NCBI GenBank assembly: GCA_003602605.1
Contig: QQRW01000018.1
Location: forward strand, 286 to 64,285
Direction of reading: 5' to 3'
Length of the DNA: 64,000 nt
Source of the DNA: Candidatus Poseidoniales archaeon
GTDB lineage: Archaea > Thermoplasmatota > Poseidoniia > Poseidoniales > Poseidoniaceae
A program made the position numbers and the translations under genes. Positions 57,049 to 64,000 of this stretch are shown here, one piece after another. How positions within the stretch are numbered: the first letter of the stretch is position 1; every line of letters starts with the position of its first letter. Below the pieces are notes generated by a model. That model had not been told where the DNA came from, made no database searches, and was given only the letters and a program-made list of their open reading frames with translations.

Positions 57049-59139
57049 ATGCAACCTATTCAGCGTGTAGCAATCGTCGGTGCGGGAAACATGGGTTCCG
57101 GTATCGCTCAGAAAACGGCTCAGGAAGAATTCGACGTCCAGATGGTTGACAGAGAGCAACAGTGGGTCGACCGCGGGCAAGGCATCATTCGTGATTTCCT
57201 CTCTGAGGCAGTAGAACGGCGCATTTTTTCACCGGCTCAAGTCGAGGCGATCCAAGGTCGAATTACGGGAGTTGTTGGCGTTGAAAACACAGCCGCAAAC
57301 ACCGACCTCGTTATCGAGGCTGTTTTCGAAGATTTTGACATTAAAACGGCAGTTTTCAACACATTGGACTCTGCATGTGGGCCCGAAACAATTCTTGCCT
57401 CTAACACGTCTTCGCTTTCCGTGAATGCCCTTGCTGAAGCAACGGGTCGAGCTGACCGGTTCGTTGGATTGCACTTTTTCTACCACCCGGCAAAGAACCG
57501 CTTAGTCGAGGTTATTCCAGCTGAAGCATCAAGCGCTGAAACAGTCGAGAAGGTCGTTCAATACTGTAAGATGTTGGGTAAAGTGGTCATTGTTTGTGGC
57601 GACCGACCAGGATTTGTAGTCAATCGATTCTTTGTTCCATGGCTCAATGAAGCATGTTTACTGCTTGAAGAGGGCGTTGCTACCGCTGCACAAATTGATG
57701 CAGCAGCATGCAAAGCGTTCCGAATTGGTTTGGGACCCTTTGGCCTCATGAACCTCACAGGCCCACCGATTGCTCTGCATTCTACGGATTACCTTGCTGA
57801 ACAACTTCATACTCCTCGCTACACCGGTGCTCAAAATCTACGGGATCTCATCGAAGCAAATGAGCACTGGGATGTATCTGGCGATCAAACATACTCTCCT
57901 GAACAGTACGCTGCAGTCGCAGAGCGACTCTACGGTGTCGTCTTTGGCGTTGCAGCACAAATTGTCGAAGAAGGCGTTTGTTCGATGGAAGATGTGGACC
58001 GCGGGGCGAAAGTTGGACTACGCTGGGCGCGAGGACCTTTCGAAATGATGAACCGTGTTGGTATTCAAGAAGCGCATCGCATGGCACAAGCTTACGCAGA
58101 TTTGAGTGCTGAAACCGACCCTGGACGCTCATGGACCGTTCCTGAATACTTTTCCAAGCAAGCGCAAGCAAACCAAGGATGGAACTTCTCGTACGTCGAT
58201 GTAAGCATCGAATCTGGAGTTGCCACGCTCACTATCAATCGACCCGAAGCCATGAATGCGCTCAATGAAACGGTCGTTGGACAACTGAACGATGCTCTTG
58301 ACCTTGTCAATGCTGATGCAGAAGTTCACACCATTGTACTCGATGGTGCTGGAAAGGCATTTGTTGCCGGCGCGGATGTCAAGTTTTTCGTTGATAAAAT
58401 TAGAGCGGAATCAATCCCTGACATCGTTACATTTACCGCTGATGGACACACCATGCTCAACAAATTGGAATCATCAAAGAAGACCACTGTTGCATTGACG
58501 ACAGGTCTTGCTCTTGGCGGTGGTTTGGAATTGGCTCTTGCTTGTGACTATCGAATCGGTACTCGGCGTACACAATTCCGTTTCCCGGAGACCTCCATCG
58601 GTATTTACCCTGGATTGGGTGGTACGCAACGCCCTGCACGTATTTGCGGCATTCCAGCTGCACGCTGGTCTGTTCTCGCTGGAAATTTCATGGATGCACA
58701 AACTGGATATGACCTTGGTCTTCTCACACACTTGGTTGATGTGGCTTCGGTTGATTCATGCGTTGCAGAATTGGCATCGGCCGGTAAACCGGACAACAAA
58801 TACCCCGGTGCACCTACAAACCCTACCAGTCCAGCAGCTGCTTTTGCTGCCTCGTTTTACAGCGATGAGAACATGGCATCCATCTTGAACGGGACATGCC
58901 CAGAAGGGTTTGACGCCGAGGATAAGATCGTCTCACGGCAATTGAAATCGCTCTCTCGAACCGCGCCAATTGCTTTGAAGATGGCCAGCGATTTGATCGA
59001 CGCCACTTCGACCACTGAATTGCCTGCAGGGCTTCAGATGGAACTCGACCAGTTGACAGATATTTTCTCAACCGCAGATTCATTGGAAGGTTTGTCTGCA
59101 CTCATCGAAGGTCGAAAACCGTCGTATTCAAACTCGTGA
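57049..59139 (+). CDS. fused 3-hydroxyacyl-CoA dehydrogenase (N-terminal) / enoyl-CoA hydratase (C-terminal)
   Basis: 'VAIVGAGNMGSGIAQ' Rossmann plus 3HCDH region; C-terminal crotonase motifs 'GKAFVAGADVKFF', 'ALGGGLELALACDYRIG'. ORF track starts at 56932; Met at 57049 precedes the Rossmann motif. Confidence 0.8.
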   Translation: MQPIQRVAIVGAGNMGSGIAQKTAQEEFDVQMVDREQQWVDRGQGIIRDFLSEAVERRIFSPAQVEAIQGRITGVVGVENTAANTDLVIEAVFEDFDIKTAVFNTLDSACGPETILASNTSSLSVNALAEATGRADRFVGLHFFYHPAKNRLVEVIPAEASSAETVEKVVQYCKMLGKVVIVCGDRPGFVVNRFFVPWLNEACLLLEEGVATAAQIDAAACKAFRIGLGPFGLMNLTGPPIALHSTDYLAEQLHTPRYTGAQNLRDLIEANEHWDVSGDQTYSPEQYAAVAERLYGVVFGVAAQIVEEGVCSMEDVDRGAKVGLRWARGPFEMMNRVGIQEAHRMAQAYADLSAETDPGRSWTVPEYFSKQAQANQGWNFSYVDVSIESGVATLTINRPEAMNALNETVVGQLNDALDLVNADAEVHTIVLDGAGKAFVAGADVKFFVDKIRAESIPDIVTFTADGHTMLNKLESSKKTTVALTTGLALGGGLELALACDYRIGTRRTQFRFPETSIGIYPGLGGTQRPARICGIPAARWSVLAGNFMDAQTGYDLGLLTHLVDVASVDSCVAELASAGKPDNKYPGAPTNPTSPAAAFAASFYSDENMASILNGTCPEGFDAEDKIVSRQLKSLSRTAPIALKMASDLIDATSTTELPAGLQMELDQLTDIFSTADSLEGLSALIEGRKPSYSNS

Positions 59140-59379
59140 TTATGCCCATTGGTTCTGGAGCTCTTCCATCTGTTTGATGAGCGCCACGATATCCAATGTT
59201 TCATCCTGCTCGTGAGCAAGTTCGATTCGATTCTTGACTGCTTGAACAAATTCTTGTTCTGGTTTTACACCAGTGATGTTTTCGATGAAGTCATCCAGTG
59301 AAGTGCCTTTTCCTTGAGCAATTGCAATTCGTGCTTTGATTTTCTCAGCGTCGTCCTTAGGTTTTCGGATTCCACTCAT
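59140..59379 (-). CDS. small (79 aa) predicted all-helical Lys/Glu-rich protein, translationally coupled to upstream JAMM gene
   Basis: ATG overlaps JAMM stop (ATGA on minus strand). Sequence 'MSGIRKPKDDAEKIKARIAIAQGKG...MEELQNQWA'. No Gly-Gly C-terminus. Confidence 0.4.
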   Translation of the reverse strand: MSGIRKPKDDAEKIKARIAIAQGKGTSLDDFIENITGVKPEQEFVQAVKNRIELAHEQDETLDIVALIKQMEELQNQWA

Positions 59380-59927
59380 GCTCTCACCTCTTCGGTGTTG
59401 AGGTTGCTTTCATACCAATCACCCCAAGGAATAATTTCTTCATCTGACCAATCATTCAACGGGCCGTTGGATGCAATTCTTGCCGTGTCTTCAGTCAACG
59501 GTAGCATGGTGGCGTTGTGAGCACATTTGACTCCAGGTGACCCGAGAACCATTGCTTTCTCAACGATACCTACTCCGATGGAGAGGCTTCGAGTATCTGT
59601 TCCGGACCAGTACGCACTGAATCCTGGATGTGTATGTACCCAGAGTTTGAACGGTGCAACACAACCAATCGGTGGTGAAAGTTGGACGAAACCGGAGGTT
59701 CCCCAATCGATCGAGATGACATTCTCTGCATCGATAAGCACCGATGTCTCAAGACCAGCGAGAACCGATATTGCATAGACGACATCCCATCGACCGTTCT
59801 GTGCTGCACGCTGTTGTACATCGAGCAAGACTTCGTCGTCAATTTGCCGTTGCTGAGCCATTTCAGTCACATGAGACCACATCTCTTCATCGACATTCAG
59901 TTGTTCTAGTCCGGGAATGAATATCAT
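59376..59927 (-). CDS. JAB/MPN (JAMM) metalloprotease-domain protein
   Basis: 'LWVHTHPGFSAYWSGTD' = HxHx7Sx2D JAMM zinc motif with upstream acidic residues. Start chosen at Met overlapping E1 stop (ATGA); ORF track extends to 60041 in another frame overlapping the E1 gene. Confidence 0.65.
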   Translation of the reverse strand: MIFIPGLEQLNVDEEMWSHVTEMAQQRQIDDEVLLDVQQRAAQNGRWDVVYAISVLAGLETSVLIDAENVISIDWGTSGFVQLSPPIGCVAPFKLWVHTHPGFSAYWSGTDTRSLSIGVGIVEKAMVLGSPGVKCAHNATMLPLTEDTARIASNGPLNDWSDEEIIPWGDWYESNLNTEEVRA

Positions 59928-60577
59928 GCATTCACCTCCATTGACGAGCTGCTTACCTTCGGGAATTCGAAACTCCCGTATGTGAGGCTTCCAATCGATT
60001 GCAACGGCGCACGCTTTTCTCTCAATTGCTGCAGAATCCATTGAGCACCGAACGTCCCAGCGATGGAAAATCCAAATTCAAGATTTCCTGCATCGAGCGC
60101 TCCCTCCACTTGGCAACTCATCGGTTCGTGGTCGGGTGTCATTTGAGCCACTAATTCTGGGTTGGAATCTGAAGTGAATACCATCCAACCATCACCAGAG
60201 CATCGTAAATCAATCCAAGGCACATCAAGGGAATGAACGAGGCGACGTGGCTCAGGTCTGTCGACACAGACCACAATCAAATCATATCCCTTAAGTTGTT
60301 CAAACTGCCTCAAGTTTTCGGCAACTGAGCGTACTTGGATGCCATTGGCGTTGGACCATTTGCCTGCGAGAGCATCCACTTTGAATGCCCCAATATCGGA
60401 AGCAGTGTAGTTTTGATGACCGAGGTTTGAGGCTTCAACAGTATCACCATCCATTAGGGTAATTTGGGCACTGAGTTGTATTCGATCAAGTGCTGGAACG
60501 AGTAGGTCGACAACGGTTGTTCCGATGCCTCCGGCACCAACTATCAGCAGCGATTTTGGCGATGATTTTTCATCCAT
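59924..60577 (-). CDS. minimal E1-like (ThiF/MoeB/HesA superfamily) adenylyltransferase
   Basis: 'LLIVGAGGIGTTVVDLLV' nucleotide-binding loop, 'MDGDTVEASNLGHQ' (DxDxxExSNLxRQ-like), 'IVVCVDRPEPRR'. Only 217 aa, with no C-terminal CxxC or rhodanese. Confidence 0.7.
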   Translation of the reverse strand: MDEKSSPKSLLIVGAGGIGTTVVDLLVPALDRIQLSAQITLMDGDTVEASNLGHQNYTASDIGAFKVDALAGKWSNANGIQVRSVAENLRQFEQLKGYDLIVVCVDRPEPRRLVHSLDVPWIDLRCSGDGWMVFTSDSNPELVAQMTPDHEPMSCQVEGALDAGNLEFGFSIAGTFGAQWILQQLREKRAPLQSIGSLTYGSFEFPKVSSSSMEVNA

Positions 60578-60808
60578 GAGGACTTAAGAAATCGACCTTA
60601 CATAAACTTCGAGGAAGGTGATTCACCAACGGTTTGGATTGACCCTGCTGTCATGAATGCTATGGTCGTTGGAATACTCTGCGTTTTCTTTATGCCTTCA
60701 ACTGAATAAGAGAGAACAAAACTAAATAGCAAAAACAAGGAGAGAAATATATGGCAAGTGCTTCAACAAGAGTGTGGGCACACAATCAAGTTCAACTGAG
60801 GTTTTGAC

Positions 60809-61648
60809 ATGCTTCGAGCGTTTTATTGGCGCCTTAATCTTGGCCTTAAGAAAATAAAATCAAAGCGTCTTAGGAAGAAACTTGGTAGCAATATCAAAGC
60901 CATCATTACGAACAGTGAGAACGGTATATTCGCAGTTGACCCTGAGGATCTTGAAGTAGGCCAAAAGTTACGTTCAGGTGGATTTGGTATCGGCGAAGTG
61001 GAACGCCTAAAGAAATTCATCAACAATAAATCCAAGGTTTTGATTGTTGGAACGCATATTGGTTCGTTAGCAATACCACTTTCAGAACATTGTAAGGAAA
61101 TAACAGCGATTGAAGCAAATCCGAACACCTTTGAATTACTCGAGATAAATCTCCAACTTAACAACAGTAAAAACATAACACCACACAATATTTTTGCCAA
61201 TGATTCTCACGAAAAAGTAGAGTTTCTACTCAATACAGTAAACTCAGGTGGAAGTAAGAGGAAACCAAAAAAGAGCAGTTTTCTGTACGATTATGATGAC
61301 CCCGAAATTATTGAATTAGAATCACACAGACTTGATGATTATTTACCTCAACATGATTATGATCTCGTTCTATTGGACATCGAGGGTTCTGAGTACTTTG
61401 CAATGAAAGGTATGAAAGAAATTCTATCCAATTGTAACACATTAGTTGTTGAATTCCTACCGCATCACCTCAAGAACGTCGCAGATATCGATGTCGAAAC
61501 ATTCCTCTCTGTTTTACCAGATCATTTTACCAAGTTTAAATTACCAGACAACAAACAAGAACACAACATTTCAGATGTCAAGACAGTACTGCAGGACATG
61601 TATGACGCTAACATCGGCGAGGATGGAATCATTTTCACTTCAAATTAG
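60809..61648 (+). CDS. FkbM-family methyltransferase
   Basis: 'LVLLDIEGSEYFAMKGMKEIL' FkbM signature; AT-rich. Confidence 0.6.
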   Translation: MLRAFYWRLNLGLKKIKSKRLRKKLGSNIKAIITNSENGIFAVDPEDLEVGQKLRSGGFGIGEVERLKKFINNKSKVLIVGTHIGSLAIPLSEHCKEITAIEANPNTFELLEINLQLNNSKNITPHNIFANDSHEKVEFLLNTVNSGGSKRKPKKSSFLYDYDDPEIIELESHRLDDYLPQHDYDLVLLDIEGSEYFAMKGMKEILSNCNTLVVEFLPHHLKNVADIDVETFLSVLPDHFTKFKLPDNKQEHNISDVKTVLQDMYDANIGEDGIIFTSN

Positions 61649-61705
61649 AACTTGGTTCTACTGTAACGGCTCAACATTATAGCAACCATCCCTGTCACAC
61701 GACAC

Positions 61706-62941
61706 ATGGCTAACCATCAAAGAAAGCGCCTTTTACTCGTGAAAGGCTCTTTTGAGCACTTCGGTGGTGGTGAAAGAGATTTGATTAACAATCTCGAAGC
61801 TTGGTCTGAATATTTCGAATTGAGTGTCGCAACATTACATCCTAACCAGGAACTCGTAGAGAAATTAAATCAATTGGATATACCACTGTTTTCTCCAGTA
61901 AGCAATTGGTCTTACTCGCGAGGAATTTTTTCTGAAATTTTCGCAAAATCATCAAAAAACGCGTCAAGAAAATGGTACTCTATGCTTTCTTTAACAAAAC
62001 AAGGAGTTGGTTTGAGTACATCATTTTCCAACATTGACGCCGTGAACATAACTACTGGGATGGCTTCTTTAGAAATTCTCCCATACATACCTGAGGACAT
62101 CCCTGTTCACACATACATGCACGAACCAAACAGGGGGCTGCACAGCAACGACTTACACTTCGATGTTGACGGAACACCCAAACAAAACCTCAAGTTAACA
62201 AATCTCCTTTTGTCAAAACAAAGAAAAATAGACGAAAAATTAGTAACTCTTGCATCCAAGAGAGGGAAGATCAGTGGTAATTCGAAAAATACGTGTGATC
62301 GAATCAAGCAAGTTTACGATGTCGAATCGGACTTTCTTTATCCCAGCATAAATACAGATCTTTGGCCGATTAAACCAACCAAAGATGAAGACTGGGAGTC
62401 TGTAAAAAAGGAATTTGACCTTGTCAAAAACAAGTATGTAATTACCATTGGACATGCTATTTTTGCAAAAGGACTGTGGGAGACGATCACAAAACTTAGC
62501 AATTCAAATTTGCAAGTCGTCCAAATCGGCGGTGGGGTCAATGAAAAACACGAGGAGCACGCCAGAAAAATGAACGTAGAATTAAAAGCCCTGCCAAGAG
62601 TCTCTCAAGCGACCATTCGAGCATTGATGAGAAATGCTAAGGCATTGGTTAGCAATGCTATCAACGAACCATTCGGCTTAACTCCACCAGAAGCATATTT
62701 CGTCGATTGCCCAGTAATAGTATCGAATCAAGGAGGATTTACAGAAACCGTTGTTGATGGAAAAACAGGACGGTTAATGGAGGACGGAGATGATTGGATT
62801 TTGGCAATCGATCAAGGGCATAAAAATCGAAAGGAGTGGTCGAAGGCTGGGCGAGAACACATCAAAAAAATCGATTTAACACCTGAAACTCAAGCAAGGA
62901 AAGTATTCGAATCCTTTTCTCAGTATTTTGAAGAGGAATAA
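61706..62941 (+). CDS. glycosyltransferase, GT4-like
   Basis: C-terminal 'SNAINEPFGLTPPEAYFVDCPVIVSNQGGFTETVVDGKTGRL' GT4 motif. Confidence 0.7.
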   Translation: MANHQRKRLLLVKGSFEHFGGGERDLINNLEAWSEYFELSVATLHPNQELVEKLNQLDIPLFSPVSNWSYSRGIFSEIFAKSSKNASRKWYSMLSLTKQGVGLSTSFSNIDAVNITTGMASLEILPYIPEDIPVHTYMHEPNRGLHSNDLHFDVDGTPKQNLKLTNLLLSKQRKIDEKLVTLASKRGKISGNSKNTCDRIKQVYDVESDFLYPSINTDLWPIKPTKDEDWESVKKEFDLVKNKYVITIGHAIFAKGLWETITKLSNSNLQVVQIGGGVNEKHEEHARKMNVELKALPRVSQATIRALMRNAKALVSNAINEPFGLTPPEAYFVDCPVIVSNQGGFTETVVDGKTGRLMEDGDDWILAIDQGHKNRKEWSKAGREHIKKIDLTPETQARKVFESFSQYFEEE

Positions 62942-63058
62942 TCAATTCGACTGCACAATCCACGCGTTTCAAATACACTCACATCTCTTATGCCATGTTC
63001 TCTTTTTACACACAATCCTACGCGACGATTGAAAAAGGGAGGCGCTAACGGATACACA

Positions 63059-64000
63059 TGAACGGCAAGACAGCAATGATTACCGGTGTTACCGGTCAAG
63101 ACGGTTCTTATCTTGCTGAATTACTTCTTGAGAAGGGGTATGTCGTCTATGGATTGGTTCGTCGAGTATCTCAACCGACTTCCGGCCGCAGCCTCATCAA
63201 CCACCTAATGGAGAATGAGAACTTCCACCTTCTCAACGGTGACCTTGCCGATCAAAATTCCATTGACAACGCTGTATCTCGTGCTCATCCCGATGAGTTT
63301 TACAATCTCGGAGCTATGTCCTTTGTTCCTGAATCATGGCGCTCTCCTATGATGACAGCAGATATTACAGGTCTTGGTGCTCTGCGATGCCTTGAAGCAA
63401 TTCGCAAACATGCTCCAGACTGCCGTTTCTACCAAGCGGGTTCATCCGAACAGTACGGTAAAGTTCGTGACGTTCCTCAAACTGAAGCGACTCCATTCCA
63501 CCCACGTTCCCCCTATGGTTGTGCGAAAGTGTTCGCTTTCGAAATCACTCGTAATTATCGAGAATCTTACGATATGTTTGCATGTACTGGGATTCTTTTC
63601 AATCACGAAAGCCCTCGACGTGGACTTGAATTTGTAACACGAAAGGTAACGATGACGGCTGCTCGCATCTCTCATGGCTTTGATGAGTGTTTGTGGATTG
63701 GGAACGTCGATGCAAAGCGCGATTGGGGGTTTGCAGGAGACTACGTCGAGATGCAGTGGCGAATGCTGCAACAAGATACCCCCGGTGACTATGTCGTTGC
63801 AACCGGCCGAACGCACAGTGTTCGTGACATGATTACTCTCGCTTTCTCTCACGTTGGCATGGACCTCGTTTGGTCCGGAGAAGGAGTTGACACCATTGCT
63901 AAGGATCAAAACGATATCGTCCGGGTTCGTACCAACCCCAAGTTCTTCCGACCAGCAGAGGTCGACTTGCTGATTGGAGATCCTGCTCTTGCAGAGAAAG
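63059..64000 (+). CDS. gmd: GDP-mannose 4,6-dehydratase (3' end outside window)
   Basis: '[30 protein letters not shown]', '[12 protein letters not shown]', '[39 protein letters not shown]' are the canonical Gmd/SDR motifs. Runs to the end of the window with no stop. Confidence 0.85.

Noticed and set aside
59928-60041. Upstream extension of the JAMM ORF overlapping the E1 gene by 118 bp
   Set aside because: An internal Met at 59927 gives a clean ATGA stop-start overlap with the E1 gene. The extension would require two proteins to be encoded in overlapping frames for 118 bp.

Overview
This 64-kb window appears to come from an archaeon with about 50% GC. Three things support an archaeal origin: a nuoABCDHIJKLMN complex-I operon that lacks nuoEFG; an aIF-1A / Rio1 kinase / KH-protein neighbourhood; and archaeal-type ribosomal protein uS2. 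The surface-protein content resembles a planktonic euryarchaeon (Thermoplasmatota / MGII-like), but that placement is inference only.

The window has three parts. The first (about 2.7-18.3 kb and 32.9-37.7 kb) is a block of very large secreted proteins: a PKD-repeat protein, an S8 subtilase, and several proteins with CARDB-like repeats. Several end in one transmembrane helix followed by a cytoplasmic Cys4 zinc ribbon. The second (18.3-32.1 kb) is a housekeeping core: the nuo operon, aIF1A, rio1, and nearby uS2 and Dus. The third (43.9-64 kb) is an AT-richer cell-surface glycosylation island. It holds four GT4 glycosyltransferases (three are labelled GT4 in the feature list, and I also read 61706..62941 as GT4-like), two FkbM methyltransferases, a SAM methyltransferase and GDP-mannose 4,6-dehydratase. 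It also contains a 4.1-kb gene for an extremely acidic protein with about 25 LDL-receptor-A-like/TSP3-like calcium-binding repeats and a PGF-CTERM-like anchor.

The candidates I think most deserve a second look are:
- a translationally coupled minimal E1-like / JAMM / small helical protein operon inside the glycosylation island
- a Cas4-like Fe-S nuclease interrupted by a four-helix membrane insertion, with no CRISPR context
- the recurring 'giant ectodomain - TM - cytoplasmic zinc ribbon' architecture
- an aIF-1A carrying a roughly 120-residue poly-Asp 'DDLFGSDDDDDD' repeat tail
- a roughly 100-bp direct repeat flanking an inserted FkbM methyltransferase cassette

I found no rRNA genes, CRISPR arrays, transposases or integrases, and no tRNA that I could call by eye.
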